64,000 bases of DNA from Centroscyllium fabricii (GCA_051313645.2 JBNRSN020000012.1:167772001-167836000), one strand, 5' to 3'; numbered from the stretch's first letter, positions 24,314 to 37,499 are shown. Notes: generated by a model from the letters alone, not told the origin. A program made the numbers and translations.

Positions 24314-25775
24314 TATCAAGTTCATTGAACAGGGGAGGGAGGGAGGGAGGGAGAACAGTGGTTGGTGCAGTGGGTTACACACTGTCCTCTTGCTTCAGGT
24401 ACCTGGGTTTAAATCCCAGGCTAATGGCTGGGTGTAAAGCTATAAAACTTGAATTGAATAAATTAATTTGGCCAGCCTCGAATCAGTTCCCAGTTGGTAT
24501 CTGCCCTACAGAACATAAGTAGCACTCAATTGGCGATTTCCTTTCGAAAGGCTACAGAAAGGAGTTAGACAGGTTTTGCTATACTTAACCTGGGAGTGTG
24601 TCATCCTGAAACAGTGTTACCAAATCACATCAGCAAAAACAACTTTTAAAATTAAATTTATTGGTTAATCGTTTGTATTTAATACACATTTCAAATCTTC
24701 CATTAATTAGAGCATGAAAATTACTATTCGTGCAAGACTGCAAAAATACTGTTTCTTAGAACAAGGTGTGGGAGGGGGGCAAGCGCACATGACGTGAATC
24801 TCCGAAGGCGGGGGGCTCAGCAAAAGACGTTTGGGGAAACTCTGCTGTAGAAAACTAAAGGAAGCTGAAAAGTGGTACTGTTGAGCTGGGGGAATGGGCT
24901 AAAAAAGTGGCAGATGGAGTTCAGTGTAGATAAGTGTGAAGTGATGCCATTTAGTTTAAAACAAAAAGCCACAATTATATTCTGAATGGAAGTAGGCTGG
25001 GTGCTGTGGAGGAGCAGAGGGATAGAGGGATTTGGGGGGCAGGTTCACAGGACATTAAAGGCAGCGCCTCTGGTTGGTAAGGCGGTTAAAAAAGCTAATG
25101 GAATTCCATGTTTTATCACTAGGTATAGAATATAAAAACCAAAAGTTAATGAAACCTTAGATTACAAGATGATGTGGAAGTCATATAATCCTATAGCACA
25201 GAAGGAGGCCATTTGGCCAATCATGCCTGTGCCAGCTCTTATAAAGAGCTGTCCAATTAGTCACATCCCCTGCTCTTCCCCACAGTAAATTTTTCCTTTT
25301 TACGTATAAATCCACTTCCCTTCTGAAAGTTACTAATGAATCTGCTGCCACTACACTTTCATTCACTGCAGCCTAGATTATCATAACTTGCTGCATAAAA
25401 GCATTTTCCTCTTCCCTCCTCACTTTTATGCCAACTATCTTAAATCTGTCTCTTCTGGTTACTGACCCTATGAAAACCGTTTCTCCTTGTCTACTCTTAT
25501 CAAAAACTCTCAATTTTGACCATCTCTATTAAATAATCTTTAAGTGTTCAAAAAGGATGGGATAGGGTAGATCGAAGCAGACTGTTTTTCTAGTTGTTGG
25601 AGATCTGAAATGAGGGACGTTAAACATGGGATTTGGAACAGAGAGAAGGATAAACCTCTTCCCACTGAGTTGTGAAGCTGTGGAATTCACTTCCAGGGTT
25701 AATGGTTGAGGTAGAAACTGTGTCAACATTCAGGATTAGATTGGATAGGTGGACGAAGGAAAAGAGGATGAAAGA

Positions 25776-26164
25776 GGTTAGCACTGTTGCCTCACAGCTC
25801 TGGAGACCCGGGTTCAAATCCAGCCTCAGGTACTATCTGTGTGGAGTTTGCACATTCTCCCCGTGTCTGCGTGGGTTTCCTCCGGGTGCTCCGGTTTCCT
25901 CCCACAGTCCAAAGATGTGCGGGTTAGGTTGATTGGCCATGATAAATTGACCCTTAGTGTTAGGGGGATTGAATATGTGGGGTTACGGGGATAGGGTGGG
26001 ATATGTGTCGGTGCAGGCTCAATAGGGATCGAGAGATATGGGGAGAGGACAGGGGCGGGGTGCTGGGTTTGGATGATCAGCCATGATCTCATTGAATGGC
26101 GGAGCAGGCTCGAAGGGCTGAATGGCCTACTCCTGCTCCTATCTTCTGTTTCTGTGTTTCTATG
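25776..26164 (+). mobile_element. V-type SINE, 5'-clipped
   Basis: Nearly identical to the copies at 3515, 51255 and 62817. Confidence 0.85.
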
Positions 26165-26648
26165 AAAGGATATGGGAGCAAGGTGGCTAAATGTAATTAG
26201 AACTGTTTGCTCGCATGGAAGGTAAATGCTGACAGGCTGATTGGCATGTTTCCATGTTGTATTTCTATTACTGTAATAATCATTGCCATTACCGACCACA
26301 AATATTGATCCCATTGAAGCACTAAAAGAGAGCAAAACAGTGAATATTGCTATGTCTAAACATGAGAAAGGAGTTTCACAAGAATTTTTATAGCTTTCTT
26401 AATGCACAGATAATATTTTGTGTGAAAATGGGCATTGCTGGACTTGGACTCTCGTATGTTTTCAGCAGCACAGCTGAGATCAGGTGTTTGTCACACGTGA
26501 TCCTACACAGTCACACCCTGGCCATTCATGGCAAAGTGCTTTAGACCACCTGTGTGCTGAGCTATGTAGCATGTTGAAGCTGAATTCTAATGGTGAAATG
26601 AGTGGTATTGAAAGTGTAGTGGTTAATCTCCTGCATTTTCCTCCACAG

Positions 26649-26717
26649 TGGGAGGACGCAGAAGCAGCTCGTTGACTACATGCGAGAGAGTGTGGTTAAG
26701 ACTACTCCTTATCAGAG
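26649..26717 (+). CDS. FARP2: FARP2 coding exon (FERM-adjacent domain): SGRTQKQLVDYMRESVVKTTPYQR
   Basis: CCACAG acceptor, GTATTT donor, SGRTQKQLVDY motif, phase consistent. Confidence 0.93.
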
Positions 26718-28929
26718 GTATTTTGTGTTTATATTTGAATTGCTTGTATGTCTCCCTTTTGGTTTCCAAGATCATGTTTCTGTTAAAGCAGAGTATAGAT
26801 ATATATCAAAATTTATTTAATGTTTTATAAGAGTATAGTTAATAATTTTTCTATACAGTTGTACAGTATTTAGATCAATACATACTAGGGTTTGATATTA
26901 GAATAGAACCTTCTCCACATCATACAACGGAACTCTCCCAATTCTGACCTGCAAAAAAACTAGTGCCCCTCCTGACATCACCCTCTCACCTCATTACCTC
27001 TAAGCCAGTAATGTATGTGTTGTCGTTGGGGTATTTTATGTTTTCAATCTGTTTGTCCATAAATATTCCCTCAGTGACCTAATGCTTCACTGGGCCTTCC
27101 ATATTTAAAAACATGGGACATTCTATTGCCTGCTGTGTCTGGCTCTTTCCACCAACACTTAACTGATGCCTCATTAACTTATTTGAAGTTAATGTTGACT
27201 GGGTCAAACTTTTTCATAGATACATAGAAATGTACAGGATCAGAATAGGTCATTGCAATCCATCATGCCAGTCATGAAAGCATTCACCACTCAATCTTCT
27301 GTCATCAAATATCTCCCAACTCCCTTTGTCTATCTTCACTGCCTCACTAGACAGTTCATTCCACGCATTCACCACCACCTTTGTGAAATCATTAAATCTA
27401 AGCTGCCTATTCACCTTTCCTTCAACTTGAGTTTATGCTTCCTGTGCAATGTGATGCTTTGTGAACCACAAGAATTCAATTTGTCTAACCAACAGGATCT
27501 TGCATACTTCAATAACACCTCTTCTCCTCAATGTAAACACTTTCCATGTCATTCACTACTTCTCATGGTTCAGGTGCCTATCACATTTACTGACTTAGTG
27601 TCCCTTTACTGTAGTCGCTCCAAAGCCAAGATATCCCTACTGTTGTATACATTACATTAGGTAGGGTGAGCTCTGTAATGCTGTGCACAAATTGACATTT
27701 CCTGGAATGTATGCTTTATTCCTCTGACTATATGCTAGAAGATCTTTGCTTCCTTTTACTTTTGTTGTGCATTGTTCTCGTGTCCATAATGTGCTGCCTG
27801 GCGTGGAGACAAAGTATGCCGGGTTCTTTGCTTCAGAGCGCAAAGTGTATCTCCAGCTAGCATCTCAATCCCACAATGCCTTTTCTCTTTCAACATTAAA
27901 ACTATAAAACCTTTGACGCGATCAAATCTATATTGTGTTTACTTGTTCTAGAAAAACATTGAGTTCCTCATTAGCTGCTGCTGTTTGCTTGGGTTGCAAC
28001 ACATTTCCTCTAGGTAACCAAACATTCTGTTTGCTTGACAGATGGTCCAGTAACTTACTAAAATCTGGGCAAGTGAATTAGCAAAACACTCAACATGCAT
28101 ACAGTTCTTCCTGCCTATGCCAGCTCAAAACCTGGCCATCCATGTTGCTGATAAACGTTGAGCTTGTTGCTTTTAGGATTAGCTGCAATCAACCCTGAAA
28201 GGCCATAGGGCTGTAGAAAAAGCTTTATTATGGTAGCTGAGAGTCTCTGATTGCAGTCCAAGCCTTTCCTACTTGCATTTCTTGACCATGCTGATTCCAT
28301 GCAAGGCATTAGCAGTGCAGGGTAGGTGTTTATTTGTTTGTTTTCGAGATGTGAGTGACCCTGGCAAGGCCACATTTATTGTCCATCCCTAGTTGCCTTG
28401 AGAAGGTGTTTGGCCTTCTAGTTGAACTGCTGCAGTCCTTGTGATATTGTTCCTATGATGGTATTCGATGGGGAATTCCAGGATATTGAACAAGTGGTGA
28501 TACATTCGGTACGGAGGGTAGGAAAGGAAACCTTTTCAATAATTAAACCAGCAAGGCATCAATTTGCTATTTTTATATAGAAGAATAAAATTGACATTTT
28601 TGCATTTTGTGACGGGTGCTGTACAATATTCCAGTATGTGCAGGTTAAAAATCTTGGGGCTCTGGAATGTGAGAGATTTGACAAAGTTACGCCTCCCTAG
28701 CTGCTGCCTGAGTCTGGATCTCTGAGGTGGGAGCAAATAGTGTGTTTCCCATGTCAGTATGAGGCAGCCCAGTCTCACATGCTCGCTCTTTCTCTAATGC
28801 ACTGTGCAGCAGTATTTTCAAAACCACATTTTTGGAAACTCTGATCGCCTGTCTATGTAGAATTCAGTTTCTCAGCGTGGCATGACACAGAAAGGCACTG
28901 GTTACAATAGATTGTAAGAAATTCCTTTT

Positions 28930-30830
28930 AAATAGGGACATAGGACATAGGAACAGGAGTAGGCCTTTTAGCCCCTCAAGCCTGATCATGGCTGATCTTT
29001 GACCTAACTCAATATACCCTCCTTTGCCCCATGTCCTTTAATACTGTTGGTTAACAAAAATCCACCAATCTCATGTAAAATTAACAACTGATCTAGCATC
29101 AACTGCAGTTTGCAGAAGAGAGTTCCAAACTTCTACCATCCTTTGTGTGTAAAAGTGTTTCCTAACTTCATTCCTGAAAGGCCTGGCTCTAGTTTTTAGG
29201 CTGTTTCCCAGTCTGAGTGTCCCCAACCAGTGGAAATAGTTTCTTTCTACCCTATCAGTTCCCCTTAATATCTTGAACACTTCGATCAGATCACCCCTTA
29301 ACCGTCTAAATTCCAGGGAATACAACCCTAATGTGTGTAATCTCTCCTCGTAATTTAACCCTTGGACTTCAGGTATCATTCTGGTAAACCTACACTGCAC
29401 TCTCTCCAAGTCCATTATATCCTTCCTGAGGTGTGGTGCCCAGAACTGCTCCCAGTGCTCCGGGTGTGGTCTAACCAGGGCTTTGTACAGTTGCAGCATA
29501 ACTTCGACCCCCTTGTATTCTAGTCCTTTAGAGATAAAGACCAGCATCCCATTAGCTTTTTTGATTATTTTCTGTACCTGTCCATGCCATTTTAATCTAT
29601 GTACATGGACCCTTAAGTCTGTTTGGACCTCCACTGTTTCTAGCTTTTCACCATTTAGAAATTACTCTGATCTATCCTTTTTAGGTCCTTGCACTTACCT
29701 TGATTAAAATCCATTTGCTGCAGTTTTGCCTATTCACTTATCAATATTTCTGTAATTTTATGCTTCCACCTACACTGCTTACAATGCCGCCTATCTTTGT
29801 GCCATTGGCAAACTTGGATATGTGGCTTTCTATTCCATCATCTAAGTCGTTAATAAATATTGTGAATAGTTGAGGCTCCAAAGATCCTTGTAGGACACCA
29901 CGAGTCACATCCTGCCAATTTGAGTATCTGCCCATTATCCCTACTTTCTGTCTCCTGCCAGTCAGCCAATCTTCTGACCAGGTCAATAATTTGCCATCAA
30001 GTCCATGAGCTTCAACTCGAGTTAACAGTCTCTTATGAGGGACTTTATCAAATGCCTTCTGGAAGTCCATATAAATATCATCCATAGACATTCCCCCGTC
30101 CACTACTTTAGTCACCTTTCAAAAAATTCAGTCAAGTTTGTCAGGCATGATCTTTACAAATCCATGCTAGCTCTCTGATCAACTGAGAATTTTCAAGGTA
30201 TTAAGTCACTCTATCCTTAATTATAGATTCTAGTAATTGCCCGACAACAGACTAACTGGTCTATAATTCCCTGGTTTCCCTCTCTCACCTTTCTTAAATA
30301 GTGGAGTGACGTGCAATTTTCCAATCTAAAGGAAAGGTTCCTGACTCGAGAAAACTTTGGAAGATTATAGTTGGGGCATCTGCAGTGTTTTCACCCACTT
30401 CCTTTTAAAACCCTGGGATGGAAACCATCTGGTCCCGGGGGTTTGTCACTCTTTAGTGCCATTATGTTCTTTATTACTGTTATTTTGCTTGCGTTCATTT
30501 TGTTGAGTCCCCGTCACTGATTCAATATTAGTTTCCTTGGGATGTCTGGCATGCTATCCGCTTCCTCTGCTGTAAATACTGATGCAAATTAGTTATTTAA
30601 CATGGCCACCATTTCCTTATTTTCATTTACAATCACATTTATCAGTTTTTAAGGGGCCCACGTTGCTCCTGACCACCCTCTTTTTTTCCCTAATATAATT
30701 GTAAAAAAAAAATGTTTTTTGATATCACAAGTTTCTTTTCATATTCCCTTTTTGTAGCTCTTACTATCTGTTTTCTCACCTTTTGTTCTTTGTATCTCTC
30801 CCAGTCGCCAGAATCTGTCATATGCCAAGT
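28930..30830 (-). mobile_element. CR1 LINE ORF2 fragment
   Basis: ORFs 29741..30115 (YMDFQKAFDKVPH, FINDLD) and 29071..29634 (LYKALVRPH, RRLRGDLIEVFK), with the 3' tail near 28935. Confidence 0.92.
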
Positions 30831-31307
30831 GGGGGCATTTAAACATAAAAAAATCTTTTCACAGCTAGCAGGACTGGTACTTGGGTGAGCGGTAGTGTAG
30901 TGCTTGTTTGTGTTAATTTGTTCCTGTTTGCAGTAGAGCAAGGGGAGTCAGCAAGAGAGCGTAATATATTTGGGGGTTTACCCCTTACTATAACGGAGCT
31001 GCATGTCACCAGTGGAATACTTGTTGAAAGTGTTTTTTAGCTGCTTTGCACATCAGGCATTTTAAAAGATCAATAGCTACTGCAGTGCTGTACTAAACCC
31101 ACGGTAGAATCATGTCACTGTTTGGAGTCTTCATCTTTGACTTCCAATCTCACATATCAAGGATTGAAGTTCTGCTAATTTCTTTTTTACTTTATGATTT
31201 ACAGCCTCCTTTTATGTATATTAGCAAGCTTCACAAAATGTGTAACTTGGTCTGTTTTCTTTAAATCTATTCTGCTTCTTGCTTTTGCTCTAATGCTCAC
31301 ATAGATC

Positions 31308-31446
31308 TGATGTGGAGGTGCTGGTGTTGGACTGGGGTGGACAAATGTACGAAGTCACAACACCAGGTTATAGTCCAACAGTTTTATTTGAAATTGTGAT
31401 TTCAAATACAACTGTTGGACTATAACCTGGTGTTGTGTGACTTCTC
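31308..31446. mobile_element. Penelope-like pseudo-LTR remnant forming a long hairpin
   Basis: Same sequence family as 4708-4857. Inverted arms span 31351-31444. Confidence 0.65.
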
Positions 31447-32836
31447 ACAAATGTTTGAGACGGTTTAACTTCCTTTGTTTAACAAATCCTGCATTCTGAT
31501 TGGTCTGGTGTAGTTGAGTATGTTTCCAACTTTAAGAAAGATTGCCTTGTAAATGAATGATATGATGCTTCACCTAATATGAGCTTGGACAATGGGTTAA
31601 TAACCCCTCCCCCATGAGACCAATGCCATCACCCACGAGAGATGCGTCAGCTCTTCTGAGCCAGATGCCAGTTATTCTCCCTGCCTTTTGCCCTCTCCAG
31701 CCCAAAGGTAATTGCTGCCATCATCTATAATCGTGGGTATTGCTGCAGGTTTCCCTGCAATCATCTGCAAGATGGCTGTCACCCTAATGCAATCGAGCTG
31801 TCGCCCTCCTGCATTTGCTGCTTTCAACTTCAATTAACCATAACTTGGATGATGAAATATTCCAGACAGGATTGCTACCAATATTGACTACTGTCTTACG
31901 ACTATAAGCCTTGAATTTTTCTCACATTGCGAGCTGACACGGTGGAGATTTGTATTCTGTGATCCAGATAGATTTGACTTTTGCTTTATCTTTTGGGTTT
32001 TGTTCTAATTTCCAGACACTGCTTTATTTGTCACCCGCAGTGGTAGCCAGTAGCAGAGTCCTCCTGTCTCCCTCCCTTTTGTATCATTTGAAGGCTAGAG
32101 CTTGGAATTGGCTCTTTATAAATAGAACATGTCGACTGAGAAGCTCTCTGTGCACCATCTGCAGCACTATGCAGCACCGCCATTGATGCAAATAAGTGAC
32201 CATTAACCCAAGATTTGTAGGTGATGTGAGCATGTGTCGGGTGCAGGGGTCATTCCTTTCCCTGAGTTGATGTCTGCCCTGCAGTCATACTCATGGTGTT
32301 TATGCATGCAAGTAACTTCTAATCCACTAAGTAAACTTGAAGCACTCTCTGCAATGTGATAGTTAGAGATAATGTCATTTTAGAAATATCATTCTTGTAT
32401 GTTGAGCCCAGAGCTGGGGCTTGAAGCAGATTGGAAAAAGTCGGTTGGCCTCTGGTAGCAGATTAAACATTAAAATTAGTTAAAACTGTATACGTTATCT
32501 TAAACAGAAACCTCGTGATTTGGCTGTGACCATGTCTTGGGCTTCAGGTAGCCATTTAGAAACAAGCTCTTGACTTTTATTTGTCTCAGTTTAACGCCTC
32601 GGTCCATAGTTACAACCTTTAACGTACAATATTGGATGCAAGTGAGTGTGAACGCAGTGATTTCTTTTCTGCTTTGTGTTTGTGCTGCAGTATGTCTGTC
32701 TCCCTTGCCTGCGCTTTCTCCTTGCATCGCACGGTTGCCTTTCGCACTCTATTTGAGTGTGTTTGTTGAAAGACTCGAGTTGTCTGGTGCAGGGTTTCCC
32801 TCCTCACGTCCTTACTGAATACTCTCTGTTCTTCAG

Positions 32837-32894
32837 GCGGCACAGCAGAGCACGAGTCTCAGCTCGGACTTTGAGCGCAGACGTGCCAAAACAG
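32837..32894 (+). CDS. FARP2: FARP2 coding exon: RHSRARVSARTLSADVPKQ
   Basis: TTCAG acceptor, GTTAGT donor. Resembles FARP2 RRHSKTHTSVRALTADLPKQ. Confidence 0.88.
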
Positions 32895-33659
32895 GTTAGT
32901 CCTGCGGCACTTTAACCTTGGGATTTGTGTGTATCAGTGTTTCGAAAATGGAGTACTTGCCAAATCTGATGTACCTGATAACCTGGATTGTTCCATTTAC
33001 CCCATCCACCCTTCTCATGGAGCTTACCACTCGGATGGTAGGCACTATTGGCAGTAGACTCGTACATAATTGCTGTCTGTGCTGTTCTGTATCAGCAAGG
33101 CAAGTGAATGTCCTAAATGATAAACTGTACCTGATAATCTCCTCCCTGCAGCCTCCCCTTTCCCAGTAATATAATGTGTCCCTTCCATGTGGCATTCCAT
33201 CAGGCTTCCTGGCTTGAATACTGGCAGGATTCGTACAGTTGAGGCTGTGGGGGGTTCAGTGGAAGTCAATCCTGGGATTGAACCCTCTGACCTGCCAGTT
33301 TGGGAGTTGCATTATATTTGGATAAAGCAATGGTAACCTTTGTTTCAATACATCAGTAGCAATAATATTCTGCTCGTCCATTACTTGGCTGTGGATGTCA
33401 TTAGGTTTTCATTAAATTCATAAAATTTCCCCATGCAATTTATTATGACTAGGTAATATATGAGTTGCCTGATTGGGCTGGTTTGCATAGTAATCAAAGT
33501 GCTGAAATGAGAAGCAGAAAGTGGTTTCTAATGTAAGTGGATGGATTTGTTAATTTAAGACCTGTTTAAAAGTGGAGAAATGTTAATGTACTGTCCATAA
33601 TCTGATTGCAGTATACAAATGTGGCTGTTGTTTCCATTTTGTTTTCTTCTCCCCACTAG

Positions 33660-33903
33660 AGTTTATCATTCACTGAAGGTGTAGAGGTCCCGGGCTCTCC
33701 TCCTCCAGCAGCTGTGTCCTTTCAGTCCATCCAGTCTGCATATAGGACTGTTGCTGACAGTCGACCCATCCACCCCGATAACAGCAGCGTACTCCTCGTC
33801 AGCAAGCACTCTGCCCAGAGACCCCCATCAGAAGCGAAGAAGAGTCCAGCGTTGGAAGAGGCGTGGAAGACTTCTGATCAGCCCTCTCCGATCTCCTTGC
33901 AAG
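33660..33903 (+). CDS. FARP2: FARP2 linker exon, spliced form: SLSFTEGVEVPGSPPPAAVSFQ...PSPISLQ(G)
   Basis: Strong acceptor (ttttcttctccccactag). The start resembles FARP2 SISFPEGLRTPASPSS. The proposed donor AAG|GTTCTG is phase 1, matching the next exon at 61694, but its exact position is inferred. Confidence 0.75.
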
Positions 33904-34883
33904 GTTCTGTTGCTGAAGCTGCAGGGAGCTGCAGTCACTCCTCCTCGGGTTGTGATGAGCGTAGTGGTTTGACTAGAGAAGACAGTGTTAGTGACGGGCG
34001 GCTCACTCAGAGAAATGACAATGATGAGGATGACTATACCACAGGTATATTTATTACTGAGAACGAGTACAATGTTAGCCAGTTTCAGGGAAGGGCAATG
34101 CCAATTTTCACATTGACAAACGCTCAGTTGCAGCTCACAGAAGAGTTCATTGACGACGACCCTGCTGAGATTTCCTTTTTTGCTGGTGGGTCGGAGGCAT
34201 TTTCACCATGTTACCATGGGCTAGGGAATGGTACAAAGGGCTCTACTATTTATAGTCAACCAGAGAGTTCACCAGTAATAAACTCCAGCTTGGGGAAACG
34301 CAGCCCAAGTAAATATGTCAATGATAATATGGAGCTGGGTTCAGAGGATGACCTTGAATTTGAGGGTGGGAGTGATCTCAATGGCAATGGCCAACCAATC
34401 AACACAACTGATCTCTTTGAGGTGAAGGCACAAGCCAATCGGCTGCACGGGCGCTATAGCAAATCAGAGACAAGTTCGCTACTGAACAACCAGTCAGAAA
34501 GCAGCTCACTGACAAACCTCGGGTTAAACGGCCTATCTGAAACGGCGTTGTTCAGGGCTGCCAACTCGGGCAGTCAATCTGAAGCCAGTTCCATGGTGAA
34601 TTTTCCCACGTATTCCGTGCGCTCCGAGTCCAGCTCTGCATTTCAGTTCGGTGACATGATTGATCAGCTCGAGCAGCTGAGTTACCCCCCTACCACCACA
34701 GAAGATTCAACCAGTAGTGGGTCTGGGTCTTGGGATTCAGACAGTGGGGTCCCCCTCGATGGCAATTTCTTTTACAGTAACCCATTTGCACAAGTCACAG
34801 CCAATAATTTCACATTCAGTTTCAAGAGTGAGGTTAATGGCTGTGTACACGGAGAGCGGGAGGAAAGGAGCAGTCTGAATTAA
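33660..34883 (+). CDS. FARP2: Extended (read-through) alternative terminal exon of FARP2, 407 codons, acidic and Ser-rich
   Basis: The frame from the 33660 acceptor is continuous with ORF 33714..34883 up to TAA. The sequence is non-repetitive and protein-like, with no TE motifs. Confidence 0.7.
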   Translation, partial: SLSFTEGVEVPGSPPPAAVSFQSIQSAYRTVADSRPIHPDNSSVLLVSKHSAQRPPSEAKKSPALEEAWKTSDQPSPISLQGSVAEAAGSCSHSSSGCDERSGLTREDSVSDGRLTQRNDNDEDDYTTGIFITENEYNVSQFQGRAMPIFTLTNAQLQLTEEFIDDDPAEISFFAGGSEAFSPCYHGLGNGTKGSTIYSQPESSPVINSSLGKRSPSKYVNDNMELGSEDDLEFEGGSDLNGNGQPINTTDLFEVKAQANRLHGRYSKSETSSLLNNQSESSSLTNLGLNGLSETALFRAANSGSQSEASSMVNFPTYSVRSESSSAFQFGDMIDQLEQLSYPPTTTEDSTSSGSGSWDSDSGVPLDGNFFYSNPFAQVTANNFTFSFKSEVNGCVHGEREERSSLN

Positions 34884-35789
34884 ACCGTGCCTTTTCACTG
34901 GTGCACGTTGGTGCATTGTAGGCCTGGAAATTATTTTTGTACATTAGTGATTCAGAACCAGACACTAATTTCACTTTCGTGACCTCTTTACTGTTGCTTT
35001 GATTCCTTGGTTTGATGACCATGTGAAGTAAAGAAAATATCATGCATTACATATACTGACAATAGAAATGCTCCATCAAAAAGTGGGTATTTAAATATAA
35101 GCATTCCCAGAGTACTTTACCTTCTCACCTTGTTTGATTGTGGTGAGTTTTGGGCTGTTGGCCTTTGACCAAAACCTATCTCTAAGTATTCTGTTAATGT
35201 AAGGTTTTGGCAACCAGCCCAGTGGTTTGTCCAATGTTGTAGTAAAGTTGGGGCCTGTCACTATGGACTGATTCATAATCAATCTAGTCCTGTGTATATA
35301 TAAATATATTTTTTTACAGTTGCCAACCAACATTGGTACTACTTGCACAGCTTTCTTCATTAAAGCACAAGACACTTGCAGCCACAAAAGTGTTGTACAG
35401 TTAAATAGTCTCTGTCTGGAGGTGCTGTGATGGTGGAGCTTATGGGGCACAAAGAACTTTACAGACAGCATTGATGGATTGTTGGATAGAATTCTGTGGA
35501 ATCAAAGTACAAAGCTAAAATTATAATCTAAAAAACACTTTGAAGAATATTACCTTTTCTCTGTCTTCATTGTGTAATAGCGCAACTGACGGGGTCTTAT
35601 GGTCATGGTGATTAGCTGGTCCAATCTATGTCACTTTTGTGGGGCATTCATACAAGTCTAATGTCACTCATGGGTTGTCTTCATTATCAGAAACACTAAA
35701 TTTAGAAAACCTCCTTTAATGGGAATTTGAAGCAGCTCAAAGTAAATTTAAACATTTTACAATATGTGGAGGTGTTGGCTCTTTCCCGT

Positions 35790-36650
35790 GACCATCTCGG
35801 CTGTCAAAACTGCCTGTCTAACATCAGGTCTTGGGTAAGGCAAAACTTCCTTCAACTGACCACTGGGAAGAGGGAAGCGATCGTTTTTGCCCCCTACCCA
35901 TCTAACCCAAAACAAGCTCTGCTCTTACTACTAGCTTAGTTTCCCTTCGTGACCAGGTGAAACCTTGGCGTCCTATTCAACACCGAGCTGAGCTGGAAAC
36001 CCCACATTCTATCCATCACAAAGACCGTTTACTTCCACCTCCACAATGTGGCACATCTCCACCTCACCGCTGCTGCCAGAAGCCTTATTCATGGTTTTTT
36101 TCACCTCTAGACTCTTATTTTTCCAATGTCCTTTCTGCCTGCATGCCATCACCTACCCTCCATAAACTCCAACTTGTTCAAAATTAATCTACCCATATCA
36201 CGTGCTGCAGTGTTGACCCTGCCAGCCATTCACCCCTGCTCCCCAACAAATTTAATTTAAAATACTCTTCCACAGCCTCTCCCCACCCGAGCTCTGAACT
36301 CCATCCAACTTAATGTCCCTTCCTAAGTTCTCTGGTCCTCTGACTCTGGTCTTTTATGCATCCATTCTCCTCCCTTCATCCCACCATTGGTGGCGGATCT
36401 TTCAGCTACCTCTTCTCTGCTCTCTACAATTCTGTCCCTAAGTCCCTCTGCCTCTACTTCCCTCCACATTTAAAAACCTTCTCAAAACTTATCTTTTTGA
36501 TTTAAGCCTTCGGTCACCTCCTTAAGTCTCCCATCAAGGTGCAGTGTGCATTCCTTTCTCCCTTTAATCTATATTTTCCCCATCTCCTGTGAAGCTCTTC
36601 AGGATATTTTCTACATTAAAGGTACTTGTATAAATACAAGTTCTTGTTTC
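35790..36650 (+). mobile_element. Old L2-clade LINE 3' fragment
   Basis: CLSNIRSWVRQNFLQL and LHKLQLVQN motifs, L2-type tail ending ataaatacaagtt. Confidence 0.7.
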
Positions 36651-37499
36651 TTCTACTGTTGTCATAATTGATAACCAAAAATAATATTCCTAAGAAGGGT
36701 GATGCCCTGCCAAAAACTGCTGTACTAGACTCTGCAATGGGGCATTGAAGCTAGAGATGCACCACATTTGTGGGCAGCTCCATCAATAATTCTAACCTGG
36801 TTGTAAACACAACTATTTTGATGAAAATTGAAATTTTTCAGGAGGCAATGGTGATAAAAGATTAGAAATTACTTGGATTGTTTACAGTGATGGCAGCTCA
36901 GCTCAGCTCTTCAGCATCACCTGCTCCATAAGTGCCAGGAGCTAAAGGTGAAGAGTTGGCGATTTGCACCATGACTTAAACCTTTTTCTCAATTTTTGTT
37001 CCGGGTTACAATCCCAACCAATGAATTTCTTGAGGGCCACTCTGAAATACTGCAATGTGAAGTGATAGAACTCTAGAAGCCTGCAGCATCGAAGGAAGCC
37101 ATTCAGCCCATTGTGGTTCTGTGCCTACGATTCCTCCACACAATGGGCTCCTGATTTCAATCATGGCACTTCTGGTAGTTGCCAAGTGGAGGGTAGACAA
37201 AGCGGGACATGGAAAGCTGTAAAGACAATAGGTTTTTAAGAAGGAAGTTCCATTTGATCTGCGAAACCTACCACTACCCTGCCACCTTTTTCTGGGGAGC
37301 AAGGTAAAGAGAGGGAACAATATTGAAATCCAGCTCTATTTCCATCCTATAGCTATGCAAGCCCCGAGGCACATGGAGCAGGTGTAGGGAAGATGGGCTG
37401 CAAACGATCCCTGGCCCATATGAATTCCACTGACTTAAGCCACATGTTTCCTGATCAGAATTCTTCTTGTACCATAAGAACAGTCAAAGATGCGAAAGG

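Noticed and set aside
23779-24522. Several overlapping 68-242 aa ORFs
   Set aside because: They arise from a GC-rich 25-bp minisatellite inside a MITE.
33714-34883. 389-aa ORF as a stand-alone nested gene
   Set aside because: Its start is a GTG inside a frame that is already open from the FARP2 splice acceptor at 33660, so it is better explained as an exon extension.
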